From: an uncultured Actinomycetota bacterium
GTDB taxonomy: Bacteria; Actinomycetota; Humimicrobiia; Humimicrobiales; Humimicrobiaceae
Assembly (NCBI GenBank): GCA_964556165.1
Contig: CAZKVH010000002.1
Coordinates: forward strand, 32,616 to 96,615
Direction of reading: 5' to 3'
Length of the DNA stretch: 64,000 bases
A program made the translations under genes and the position numbers. The stretch's first letter is position 1. Each line of letters begins with the position of its first letter. Positions 10,083 to 19,224 of this stretch are shown piece after piece. Below the pieces are notes generated by a model. That model worked only from the letters and a program-made list of their open reading frames with translations, did not search any database and had not been told where the DNA came from.

Positions 10083-10143
10083 AAAAAAACCCCAAGTTAT
10101 CTTTTACCTTAGCTTACGCCTTAGGCTACTTAACATCTTGGGG
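10083..10143 (-). terminator. Putative intrinsic terminator (minus strand) downstream of mnmA: a 7-bp G/C stem (CCCCAAG/CTTGGGG) with a long internal loop, followed by U7
   Basis: On the minus strand, CCCCAAG, a roughly 40-nt loop, CUUGGGG and then UUUUUUU are seen. Three CUAAGG hexamers occur in and next to the element (plus-strand CCTTAG at 10107, 10119, 10150). Confidence 0.4.
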
Positions 10144-10382
10144 CCTTCACCTTAGAACTTTTCTCGGGTTTTTTTAGATTTTAACTTACTTTGTACATTC
10201 TTTCGTTTGTAAATTTCAGTTCTTTTCTAAATTTACCTCCTGCTCTAAAGCAATTATCACTATAACAGATTGCAATATGCATGTCAATAGTATTTTTATT
10301 TTTTTGATATCTTTTTAAAAAATTTTTTAATCTATTACTATTATTATGAAATTCACATTCATTAACTTTTATAATACTTGTA

Positions 10383-11843
10383 TTAATTTCTTTTAATAAC
10401 ACCCCCACCTAAAAGTACGTCACCACGATAGAATACTGCGGACTGTCCCGGAGTTATTGCTTTCTGTGGTTTGTCAAAAAATATACTGGCCGTTTTTTTG
10501 CCTGTGATTCTTATTTCGGATGGAGATTCGCTACTTTTGTATCTTATTTTAACCATTGCTCTGAAGTTATTATCTGGCGGGGATTCGGCAATAAAATTTA
10601 ATTTTTTAACTTTAAGTGATTTTTGCATCAAATCTTTTTCCTCGCCTGCTATTATTATGTTTTTATCCGGTAATATTTCTTTTACATAATGAGGTTTATC
10701 GTGACTTATGCCAAGTCCTTTTCTCTGGCCAATTGTATAGAAGAAGTATCCTTTATGGGTCCCAATAATGTTGCCTTCAGTATCAAGTATCTGACCATGC
10801 CTGATATTTTTCAGTCTGGATTTAATGAATGAGTGATAGCTATCATCAGGTATAAAACAGATGTCCTGGCTTTCATTTTTTTCTTCGATGAAAGGGAAAT
10901 CTTTCATAGATTCTTTTTTTATATCTTTTTTTGAGAATTCCCCCAGAGGGGTTTTTATACGGGATAATTGTTTCTGATCGAGTTTCCATAACATATAACT
11001 CTGGTCTTTATTTTTATCGATGCCCTTCTTTAATTCATATAGTCCTGAATGTTCTGATTTTTCTATTCTGCAATAGTGTCCTGTAGCAAGGAAAGATGCG
11101 CCTAAAGTTTTAATTTTTTCAAGAAGAATCCCAAACTTTATATACTTATTGCATTCAACGCAGGGATTGGGAGTAAGTCCCTTTTTATAATCAAGGAAGA
11201 AAGGTTCGATTATTTTTTCTTTGAATGGCATGCTTAAATCAATTATTACGTGAGGAATATTTATTTTTAGTGCCACTTTTCTTGCGGTTTTAATATCTTT
11301 TTCGAAGTCTGATTTTTTATTCTTGTTAGTAAAATCCCCGGGAAGCAGTTTTAAAGTTACTCCTATTAATTCATAGCCCCTGTCCTTTAGGATTCTGGCA
11401 GCCATTGAACTGTCAATTCCTCCGCTCATGGCAATTGCAACTTTGTTATTGTTTTCTTTATAAATATTTGAGGTGAGAGGTTTTGAGATGTAATCTGTAA
11501 TAAGGTTGTTAAGAGCGTTTATAACAGTATCAAGTACATGTTTTTTTTCTGCAGGGAATTCTCCAAGGCAGTCCTCTATATCTTTTCCGGTTAAAAGTGT
11601 GCAGTCAAGTATATCTTTGTTTCTTACCATAGTAGTAATACAATCAGCTGCTGCAATTATGTAGCTGCAGCCTCCCGCCTTAAACTTTATATCATCTATT
11701 ATATTGCCGGATATTTTTGCAGTTAACTTTATATAAGTTAAATCACCTGCAGTAGATGGAATTCTGCATGTCCCCACGGCGTCGGAGGATATTATCTCCC
11801 CGGCGTTATAATTTTTTTCAGAATGTCTTTCGAAATTTTTCAT
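10383..11843 (-). CDS. mnmA: tRNA 2-thiouridine(34) synthase MnmA with an N-terminal NifU/IscU-like Fe-S scaffold domain (fusion)
   Basis: 486 aa. Roughly the first 120 aa resemble IscU/NifU (GTCRIPSTAGD ... KFKAGGCSYIIAAADC ... DC). The PP-loop SGGIDSS (AIAMSGGIDSSMAA) follows, then MnmA core motifs NPCVECN and DICFIPD. Confidence 0.85.
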   Translation of the reverse strand: MKNFERHSEKNYNAGEIISSDAVGTCRIPSTAGDLTYIKLTAKISGNIIDDIKFKAGGCSYIIAAADCITTMVRNKDILDCTLLTGKDIEDCLGEFPAEKKHVLDTVINALNNLITDYISKPLTSNIYKENNNKVAIAMSGGIDSSMAARILKDRGYELIGVTLKLLPGDFTNKNKKSDFEKDIKTARKVALKINIPHVIIDLSMPFKEKIIEPFFLDYKKGLTPNPCVECNKYIKFGILLEKIKTLGASFLATGHYCRIEKSEHSGLYELKKGIDKNKDQSYMLWKLDQKQLSRIKTPLGEFSKKDIKKESMKDFPFIEEKNESQDICFIPDDSYHSFIKSRLKNIRHGQILDTEGNIIGTHKGYFFYTIGQRKGLGISHDKPHYVKEILPDKNIIIAGEEKDLMQKSLKVKKLNFIAESPPDNNFRAMVKIRYKSSESPSEIRITGKKTASIFFDKPQKAITPGQSAVFYRGDVLLGGGVIKRN

Positions 11844-12100
11844 AATTCGGTTTATTGATTCTGGCCATTGTAGATATTTATAATAACATTATACATGCTC
11901 ATCTTTAATTTTATAATTTTATATTTGCATCTCTGTCTCAAATCTCTAATAAATGCCGGAAATAAGTCTTGTTGCGGGAATTTTATTATGAGCATTTAAT
12001 AAATGGGGAATTATTCTTAAGTCTCTTTTATTTATAACATTTTTTAAAAATATTTTATAATAAGTATTATTAGAAATATAATAATAATTTAATAATTATA

Positions 12101-12129
12101 TTGACTATAAATGGTGAAAAAAATATAAT
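12101..12129 (+). promoter_or_regulatory. Sigma-A-type promoter (TTGACT, 17-nt spacer, TATAAT) upstream of the S1 protease gene
   Basis: TTGACT lies at 12101-12106, a 17-nt spacer follows, and TATAAT lies at 12124-12129. A second TGATATAAT extended -10 lies about 30 nt further downstream. Confidence 0.5.
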
Positions 12130-12194
12130 TTATTTATAAATAAATAAGTCATGAATATAAATGATATAATATTTTGTTTGAGGGGGTGGGAGTG

Positions 12195-13319
12195 ATGAAG
12201 AAAAGTTTGTTAAGGTGGCTGGTTTCTTTTGGGTTATTAATTTTTATTTTTAGTATAGCCCTTGCTGGCTGTGCAACAGAAGTCTCATATGAAATTACTT
12301 CCCAGGATAGGTCTATCCTGGCACAGCCCTCGGTATGTTATATAGCCACTTATTATTATGCTTATGTATACGATGCCTGGTATGATGAATGGAGCGAGCT
12401 ATACTACTATGGACCTATGGGAGGAACGGGTTTCTGTGTAAATCCGAATACAGGACATATAGTAACGGCAGCGCATGTTGTGGATACCCCGGTTGATGAA
12501 ATAAAATACGCTATAGTAGAAGCATACATAAATGATTATTATGATATATCTACATTTACTGAAGAAGACTGGGATAATGCTTTTAATACTTTCAGAATTG
12601 AGGGCGAAGATAGCCCCGAACCAGACAGGGAGATATGGGTACAGTTTAATACCGCAACTGCAGGAATTCCGGATGATACCAATGAAAACTATACCATAGC
12701 AGAACTGATTGACTTCAGCCCATGGGAACAGCGAGATATAGCTATTCTAAAAACAACACCGATTACAGGAAGGTCTCTTTCCAGTATTATGCTTGGAGAT
12801 TCTTCTATGGTAGAGATTCAGGATAATATTACTATTATTGGATATCCCTGGACAGGAGAAATAAGCTGGGAAAGCATAATGACTCCTACGGTTGCTTCAG
12901 GGATGACAAGTGCCAAGAAGATGGTAGGCGGGGCTGAAGTTATACAGGTTGATATGACTGCAGCCCAGGGTAATAGCGGAAGTCCTGTTTTAAATGAAAG
13001 TGGAGAGGTAATTGGGATTCTAACAATGGGTACTACTGAAAGTGTAAATTTCCTGAGACCAAGCTCTGATGTTGCGGCTATGTTGAGTAAAAATGGAGTT
13101 ACTAATGAACAGGGAATGGTGGATGAAGAATTCAAAAATGGATTAATAATGTATAGGCTTAAGTATTACTCTGAAGCCATAGAAAATTTTAATGCAGTAT
13201 TGAATTTAAATCAGGGTCATCTGCTGGCGCAGGAGTACAGGTCAAAATCACAGGAAGCTATTAATAGAGGAGAGGAAGAGGAGTTTAAAGAAGGAACTGA
13301 AGTTAATATCGTTGAGTAG
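12195..13319 (+). CDS. Secreted trypsin-like serine protease (S1 family) lipoprotein with a C-terminal TPR-like segment
   Basis: The ATG at 12195 follows a GAGGGGGTGGGAG RBS. The signal peptide ends in the lipobox LAGC. The S1 catalytic His motif TAAHVV and Ser motif GNSGSPV are present, and the C-terminus is helical and repeat-like (YRLKYYSEAIENFNAVLNLNQGHLLAQEY). Confidence 0.75.
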   Translation: MKKSLLRWLVSFGLLIFIFSIALAGCATEVSYEITSQDRSILAQPSVCYIATYYYAYVYDAWYDEWSELYYYGPMGGTGFCVNPNTGHIVTAAHVVDTPVDEIKYAIVEAYINDYYDISTFTEEDWDNAFNTFRIEGEDSPEPDREIWVQFNTATAGIPDDTNENYTIAELIDFSPWEQRDIAILKTTPITGRSLSSIMLGDSSMVEIQDNITIIGYPWTGEISWESIMTPTVASGMTSAKKMVGGAEVIQVDMTAAQGNSGSPVLNESGEVIGILTMGTTESVNFLRPSSDVAAMLSKNGVTNEQGMVDEEFKNGLIMYRLKYYSEAIENFNAVLNLNQGHLLAQEYRSKSQEAINRGEEEEFKEGTEVNIVE

Positions 13320-13401
13320 GATTTTATTAGTAATAACGTAGAGTACCTGAAGAATTCAGTTTCCGGTATCGATAAAAAAGTAGTTAAAAGTACAGCCTTA
13401 T

Positions 13402-13440
13402 AAATAGAGTTTAAGCTTTAAAAAAGCTTAAACTCTATTT
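13402..13440. terminator. Perfect 17-bp inverted repeat (AAATAGAGTTTAAGCTT / AAGCTTAAACTCTATTT) with a 5-nt loop, followed by a T-rich run; likely terminator of the protease gene
   Basis: The palindrome is read directly from the sequence. It is AT-rich but long, and it is symmetric and so could act on either strand. Confidence 0.45.
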
Positions 13441-13539
13441 ATATAATTATTCTATTTTTTAATTGTTTTAGTGATTTATCTATGTTATTATATTTTTTCA
13501 AATTACTTTTTAAAGATTATTAAGGATACAAATAAAGAA

Positions 13540-13689
13540 ATGTTTCTGGAAAGATTAAAAAACATGTTAATTAGTAACTGTTTTAAAGGTCAGGGCGGCT
13601 GGGTTAATATATATAATACTGCTGCCATTTCTGTTTGTATTCTTTTAATTTTAGTCTGTCTATTACTTCTGGTCGGTATCCTATTCTAA
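13540..13689 (+). CDS. Candidate ilvBN leader peptide (49 aa) with a C-terminal Leu/Ile/Val-rich regulatory stretch
   Basis: The ATG at 13540 is preceded by AAGGA about 12 nt upstream. The peptide is MFLERLKNMLISNCFKGQGGWVNIYNTAAISVCILLILVCLLLLVGILF, and 16 of its last 20 residues are I/L/V. The stop at 13687-13689 overlaps the left arm of an 11-bp hairpin (13689-13699 pairing with 13728-13738) that is followed by CCTTTTATAA. ilvB starts about 225 nt downstream. The supplied 72-aa GTG-started version (13471) lacks an RBS. Confidence 0.35.
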   Translation: MFLERLKNMLISNCFKGQGGWVNIYNTAAISVCILLILVCLLLLVGILF

Positions 13690-13914
13690 TTTTCAGGATA
13701 GTTGTTACCAGAATATCAGAAGCAATAATCCTGAAAATCCTTTTATAAGTAACTCTTATTTCTGTTACCTTATAACTGGAATATTTTAAGAATATAGTTT
13801 TATGATAAAAGAGAAGATTGGCAAGAAAAAATATAAATAATTAATAAAAAAATGATATAATTATCAAAATTATTTGTTATAATGTTGTTACAAATACAGG
13901 GGAGTGATTTTATT

Positions 13915-15609
13915 ATGAACAAAATAAGCGGTGCACAGTTGATAGTTAAATGTTTAAAAAAAGAAGGCGTAGAGGTCATATTTGGCTATCCAGGCGGAGC
14001 TGTCATTCCACTGTACGATGCATTATATGAAAGTGATATCAGACATATACTGGTAAGACATGAGCAGGGAGCGGCACATGCAGCTGATGGTTATGCGAGG
14101 GCAACCGGAAAAACCGGTGTTTGTATGGCGACTTCGGGTCCAGGAGGAACCAACCTGGTAACAGGTATTGCTAATGCACAGATGGATTCGATACCTATAG
14201 TTGCTATAACAGGACAGGTAAGAACAAACCTCATAGGTACCGATGCTTTTCAGGAAGCAGATATAACAGGCATAACTGCTCCAATAACCAAGCAGAATTA
14301 CCTTGTAAAAGATATAAGAGATTTACCGCAGGTTATAAGGGAAGCGTTTTTAATAGCTTCTACAGGAAGGCCCGGTCCTGTTTTAGTTGACATACCTGTT
14401 GACATTACCACAGATTTAATAGACGAGAATTTTAAGATGGATATTAGATTACCTGGATACAAGCCAACTCTTAAAGGTAACCTCAAACAGATTAAAGAAG
14501 CAGTAAAAAAGATAGCAAAGAGCAAAAAACCTGTTATTTTCGCAGGGGGAGGAGTAATTCTGTCAGGGGCCAGTGATGAACTGAGGAAATTTGTCAGGAT
14601 CAGTGGAATTCCTGTAATAAACTCACTTATGGGTATGGGCTCTTTCCCGGAAACGGATCCCTTATCTCTAAGCATGGCCGGAATGCACGGGACAAAGTAT
14701 GCGAATCTGGCTTTTACAGAAACAGACCTTATTGTGGCAGTAGGAGTAAGATTTGATGACAGGATTACGGGCAAATTATCTGAGTTTGCTCCGGAGGCTG
14801 AAATAATTCATATAGATATTGACCCGGCTGAGATAGGTAAAAATATCAAGGCTATGATTCCTATTGTGGGGGATGCAAAGACGGTTCTTGCTGATTTAAA
14901 AAGTGAATATGAAAAATACATTGAGAAAAAAGGTAAGCCTGACAGGAGTGATTGGCTATCGAGAATTAAGAAATTAAAAGAGGATAATCCTTTGAAATAT
15001 GATAAGGACTCAGATGGAGTTAAACCCGCCTATATTATGGAGAAAATTTATGAGTTAACAAAAGGAGATGCAATTATATGTACAGAAGTAGGCCAGAACC
15101 AGATGTGGGCAGCGCAGTTTTATAAATTTACCCGGCCAAGAACATTAATAACTTCAGGTGGACTTGGCACCATGGGTTATGGTCTACCGGCATCAATTGG
15201 TGCAAAAACAGGAATGCCGGATAAAATAGTGATGGACATAGCAGGAGATGGGAGTATTCAGATGGTGTCACAGGAACTTGCTACTGCAGTTGCAAATAAA
15301 ATAAATATAAAAATAATGCTGCTAAATAACGGCTACCTTGGTATGGTAAGGCAGTGGCAGGAACTTTTCTGGAATAAGAGATATTCCAATACTTCTATCG
15401 ACGGTAGTGTTGACTTCGTGAAATTAATCGAAGCATATGGAGGAACTGGTTTGAGAGTTACTAAAAAGGATGAAATAGAAGGAGCTATTAAAAAAGCTCT
15501 GGAAATTGATACGGTAGTTCTAGTTGATTTCTGGATTGATAAAGAAGAAAATGTGTATCCAATGGTAGCTCCGGGTGCTTCAATTGACGATATGTTAGAC
15601 TGTATTTAG
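13915..15609 (+). CDS. ilvB: Acetolactate synthase large (catalytic, ThDP-dependent) subunit
   Basis: The ATG at 13915 follows a GGGGAG RBS. The N-terminus is SGAQLIVKCLKKEGVEVIFGYPGG. ThDP-binding region motifs (GDGSIQM..., NNGYLGMVRQWQ) are present, and an ilvN small subunit lies immediately downstream. Confidence 0.9.
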   Translation: MNKISGAQLIVKCLKKEGVEVIFGYPGGAVIPLYDALYESDIRHILVRHEQGAAHAADGYARATGKTGVCMATSGPGGTNLVTGIANAQMDSIPIVAITGQVRTNLIGTDAFQEADITGITAPITKQNYLVKDIRDLPQVIREAFLIASTGRPGPVLVDIPVDITTDLIDENFKMDIRLPGYKPTLKGNLKQIKEAVKKIAKSKKPVIFAGGGVILSGASDELRKFVRISGIPVINSLMGMGSFPETDPLSLSMAGMHGTKYANLAFTETDLIVAVGVRFDDRITGKLSEFAPEAEIIHIDIDPAEIGKNIKAMIPIVGDAKTVLADLKSEYEKYIEKKGKPDRSDWLSRIKKLKEDNPLKYDKDSDGVKPAYIMEKIYELTKGDAIICTEVGQNQMWAAQFYKFTRPRTLITSGGLGTMGYGLPASIGAKTGMPDKIVMDIAGDGSIQMVSQELATAVANKINIKIMLLNNGYLGMVRQWQELFWNKRYSNTSIDGSVDFVKLIEAYGGTGLRVTKKDEIEGAIKKALEIDTVVLVDFWIDKEENVYPMVAPGASIDDMLDCI

Positions 15610-15640
15610 AGAAAAGTTTATATATAACAGGTGGTATATT

Positions 15641-16123
15641 ATGAGTCATATTATTTCAGTTTTAGTAGAGAATAAGTCAGGTGTTCTGGCAAAAATATCC
15701 GGCCTATTCAGCAGGAGAGGATTTAATATCGAAAGCCTTGCAGTTGGTCCTACAGAGGATGAAAAAATTTCAAGAATTACAATGGAAGTTGAGGCGGAAG
15801 AACATAGCCTTGAGCAAATCATAAAACAGCTATACAAACTGGTAAATGTAATAAAGATCAAGGAACTGGACCCTCGCAATATAGTAGAAAGAGAACTTGT
15901 GCTTATAAAAGTCAACGCAGATTCAAAAACCAGGCCCGAAATACTGGAGATAGTAAGCATTTTTCGAGCGAATATAGTGGATGTGGGCAAAAATACTTTA
16001 GTAATTGAAATTACGGGAAGTAAAAGCAAGGTTAAAGCTCTTGAAGATTTGCTGAAGCCTTTTGGTATACTTGAACTGGTTAGGACGGGTAAAATCGCAT
16101 GTACGAGAGGTAGTAAATATTAA
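15641..16123 (+). CDS. ilvN: Acetolactate synthase small (regulatory, ACT-domain) subunit
   Basis: 160 aa. The ACT domain reads ISVLVENKSGVLAKISGLFSRRGFNIESLAV, and the gene follows ilvB. Confidence 0.85.
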   Translation: MSHIISVLVENKSGVLAKISGLFSRRGFNIESLAVGPTEDEKISRITMEVEAEEHSLEQIIKQLYKLVNVIKIKELDPRNIVERELVLIKVNADSKTRPEILEIVSIFRANIVDVGKNTLVIEITGSKSKVKALEDLLKPFGILELVRTGKIACTRGSKY

Positions 16124-16317
16124 GTCAATCCGGTCAGGACAAGTTTTAAGATAATTTGGAATAAGAGGTAAATGAACATTTTATTATGCTACGGTAAATC
16201 ATAGCAGAAGAAAATAATTGAGAACCGGATTAAATTTATTAGGCAGGAGTTTGGAAATAAATTAGGATTTATAATTAATTAAAAATTTTAAAAAAATAAT
16301 TTAGGAGGGCTGAAAAT

Positions 16318-17484
16318 ATGATAAAGAAATATGTAATGACACCTGGTCCGACTCCAATTCCAGAGGATGTATTACTTGAGCATGCCAGACCACTTATGCA
16401 TCACAGGTCTCCTGAATTTTCAAAAATATTTATAGAAGTAACTGAAAAATTAAAGAAATTATTAAAAACAGAGAATGATGTTTTTATATTAACTTCTTCT
16501 GGTACAGGCGCTATGGAAGCTAGCGTGGTAAATTTCTTCTCTAAAGGGGATTTAGTTCTTGTTGTGAGCGCAGGTAATTTCGGAGAAAGATTCAAAAAAA
16601 TGGCAGCAAGGTTTGAACTGGAATTAATTTCTCTTGATTATGAATGGGGAGATGCAGCATCCCCGGGCGATATTAAAAAAGTTCTGGATGATAACCCCTC
16701 AATTAAAGGAGTTATGATTCAGTTAAGCGAGACGTCAACAGGGGCTTTAAATGATATGAAAACCATCGGGAGTATAGTAAAAGATTATCCTGCCATACTT
16801 GTCGTTGATGCGATAAGTGGCCTGGGGGCATCAGATTTAAGAACCGATGAATGGAACCTTGATGTCGTTATCGGAGGCTCTCAGAAAGCTTTGAGCGCAC
16901 CAACAGGAGTATCATTTATCAGCATAAGTGATAAAGCATGGAAGTTATGCGAAAATTCAAATATTCCTAAATTCTATTTTGACTTAAAGGCAGCAAAAAG
17001 TTATTTTCAGAAAACACCTCCTCAAACACCCTGGACCCCCGGCATATCGATAATTGTAGCAATGAATAAGGCTCTTGAAATATTACTTGAAGAAGGGCTG
17101 GAGAAAGTCTTTGAGAGACATAGAATACTGGCTCTTGCAACACAGAAGGCGGCTGAAAAACTGGGTCTGGAGCCTCTGGTTAAGGATAAGAATAAAAGGG
17201 GATTTTCGGTAACTTCTATTGTTGTTCCTGAAGGAATAAGCGCTAAAGATATTACTAAAATTATGAGGGAAAAGTATGGCGTTACTATTGCCGGAGGACA
17301 GGGAAAGCTTGCTGGAAAGATAATAAGAATAGGACATCTTGGGTATTTTGGAATGTTTGATGTTATTATTTCTATTAGTGCTCTGGAAATGGCACTAAAG
17401 GAACTTGGTTTTGAATTCGAGGTTGGTTCCGGAATTACAGAGGCACAAAGGACATTTGTGGAAAATAATTATCTTGATTATTAA
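16318..17484 (+). CDS. Class V aminotransferase (AGXT/SerC-like), probably phosphoserine aminotransferase given the adjacent serA
   Basis: 388 aa PLP-dependent fold (TPGPTPIPEDVL ... GGSQKALSAPTGVSFISIS). It lies directly upstream of D-3-phosphoglycerate dehydrogenase. Confidence 0.6.
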   Translation: MIKKYVMTPGPTPIPEDVLLEHARPLMHHRSPEFSKIFIEVTEKLKKLLKTENDVFILTSSGTGAMEASVVNFFSKGDLVLVVSAGNFGERFKKMAARFELELISLDYEWGDAASPGDIKKVLDDNPSIKGVMIQLSETSTGALNDMKTIGSIVKDYPAILVVDAISGLGASDLRTDEWNLDVVIGGSQKALSAPTGVSFISISDKAWKLCENSNIPKFYFDLKAAKSYFQKTPPQTPWTPGISIIVAMNKALEILLEEGLEKVFERHRILALATQKAAEKLGLEPLVKDKNKRGFSVTSIVVPEGISAKDITKIMREKYGVTIAGGQGKLAGKIIRIGHLGYFGMFDVIISISALEMALKELGFEFEVGSGITEAQRTFVENNYLDY

Positions 17485-17520
17485 AACGCAAAAAAGAAAT
17501 TAATATGTGGGTGGGGTAAT

Positions 17521-19107
17521 ATGATTAAAAAAGTATTAATTACTGACGGTCTTTCTGATGAATCCAAAAAAAAGCTCAGGGGGTATTTTAAAGTCACGGA
17601 AAAAAAGGGTCTTGCACCGGAAAAGCTTAAAGAAGAGATTAAAGGTGTAAGCGCAATAATTATAAGAAGTGCGACAAAGCTTTCAGCTGATATAATCGAG
17701 GCTTCGGATAAACTGGAAGTGATAGGTAGAGCAGGTATAGGTGTTGACAATATAGACGTTTCAGCAGCTACAAAAAAGGGTATTTTAGTGATTAATGCAC
17801 CTGCAAGTAATGCAGTTACTGTGGCAGAACATACTATTGCTTTGTTGCTTTCTACTGTAAGGAAAATTCCTGAAGCAAATTTTTCTCTAAAAAGCGGAAA
17901 GTGGGAGAAATCAAAATTTGGGGGCGTCGAGCTCGAGGGTAAAACACTGGGAATAATAGGTTTCGGGCAAATAGGAGGGCTTGTCGCCAAAAAAGCAATA
18001 TGTCTTGGAATAAAAGTCATAGCATATGACCCATTTGTGTCCGAGGATAGATTCAGACAGCTTGAAATAAGAAAAGCAAATACACTGGATGATATTTACA
18101 AAGAAGCTGACTTTATATCCATACACCTTCCAAAGAATAAGGATACTATAGGAATGTTTAACAGGGAAGAGTTCTATAAGATGAAAAAAGGAACAATAAT
18201 ATTGAATGTTGCAAGAGGAGGCATTATTGTCGAAAAAGATATTGCAGAAGCCCTGGAGGATGGTCAGCTTGGAGGCGCAGCACTTGATGTTTACGAAAAA
18301 GAACCATGCACTGATTCACCTGTTTTTAAATTAGAAAGTGTTGTATGTACCCCTCATCTTGGTGCTTCGACAGAAGAGGCACAGGATAGAGCAGGGACTA
18401 TAATTGCAGACCAGGTTATAGATATTCTTAATGGAAAAACTGCTACTTTTCCTGTAAACATGCCTGCTATAAGGCCAGAGCTTATAAACGTTCTTTCACC
18501 TTTCTTTGAGTTATGCGAAGATCTGGGGATTCTATTCGTGAATCTATTTGAAGGCAATATGGATTGTCTGAAGATTGGATATTCCGGAAAAGTATCCGAA
18601 TACGATGTAAGAATTTTGACTTCTACTATACTGGTAAAAATACTTGAGAAATACTCGGCAGAAAATGTCAATCTGGTAAATGTAGACCTTCTTGCAAAAG
18701 GAATGGGTCTGGAAGTGAAAGAAGTAAAAGGCGGAGATTCAAAAGATTATGTGAATTTGATTACCCTTGAAGGTGGGAGTAAAGATAACATACTTTCTAT
18801 TTCGGGAACTACCACAGGTAAAAAAGATACCCCGAGATTTATAGCTATTGATAAATTTGAAATAGATATGGTTCCTTCCAGTCATATGGCGTTTATAAAA
18901 TATAAGGATATTCCGGGGCAGATAGGAAAGATTGGAACCGCTTTTGGCAAACTGGGTGTGAATATAGCATCCATGCATGTGGGAAGAAAAAAGTTAAGCG
19001 GGGATGCTATTATGGTATTAAATCTTGATAATGAGGTGACACCCGAGATGCTTGAAGAGTTTAAGAAGCAAGCGGGTTTCAAGAACATAAAGATAGTCAA
19101 TCTTTAA
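17521..19107 (+). CDS. serA: D-3-phosphoglycerate dehydrogenase with a C-terminal ACT regulatory domain
   Basis: 528 aa. The 2-hydroxyacid dehydrogenase NAD-binding motif GIIGFGQIGG is present. The catalytic region is ...NVARGGII...TPHLGASTEEAQ, followed by a C-terminal ASB plus ACT segment. Confidence 0.85.
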   Translation: MIKKVLITDGLSDESKKKLRGYFKVTEKKGLAPEKLKEEIKGVSAIIIRSATKLSADIIEASDKLEVIGRAGIGVDNIDVSAATKKGILVINAPASNAVTVAEHTIALLLSTVRKIPEANFSLKSGKWEKSKFGGVELEGKTLGIIGFGQIGGLVAKKAICLGIKVIAYDPFVSEDRFRQLEIRKANTLDDIYKEADFISIHLPKNKDTIGMFNREEFYKMKKGTIILNVARGGIIVEKDIAEALEDGQLGGAALDVYEKEPCTDSPVFKLESVVCTPHLGASTEEAQDRAGTIIADQVIDILNGKTATFPVNMPAIRPELINVLSPFFELCEDLGILFVNLFEGNMDCLKIGYSGKVSEYDVRILTSTILVKILEKYSAENVNLVNVDLLAKGMGLEVKEVKGGDSKDYVNLITLEGGSKDNILSISGTTTGKKDTPRFIAIDKFEIDMVPSSHMAFIKYKDIPGQIGKIGTAFGKLGVNIASMHVGRKKLSGDAIMVLNLDNEVTPEMLEEFKKQAGFKNIKIVNL

Positions 19108-19224
19108 TAGTAAGAGGATATTGTAATATTAGATAAGGGAATTTAATACAATTATAATAATTAAAGGGAATTATTAATATTAATTAATCTAAAATAGTTT
19201 TTTTATTCAAAAAGAAAGTGGTGC

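Noticed and set aside
10181-10408. 75-aa minus-strand ORF overlapping the 3' end of mnmA.
   Set aside because: It has low-complexity K/N-rich sequence, no clear RBS, and overlaps the mnmA stop region. I kept it only as a note in the finding on the downstream structured element.
13471-13689. 72-aa version of the small ORF upstream of ilvB, starting at GTG 13471.
   Set aside because: No RBS precedes the GTG. The internal ATG at 13540 has an AAGGA RBS and yields the same I/L/V-rich C-terminus, so I reported it as a candidate leader peptide instead.
14298-14774. 158-aa minus-strand ORF inside ilvB. Similar nested antisense ORFs occur inside addB, addA, serA, leuA, dnaE, hisA/hisF, polA, rpsA, uvrB, uvrA, gap, pgk and the SBP gene.
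   Set aside because: These are shadow ORFs in AT-rich coding DNA opposite strongly supported genes. None has an RBS or a recognisable domain.
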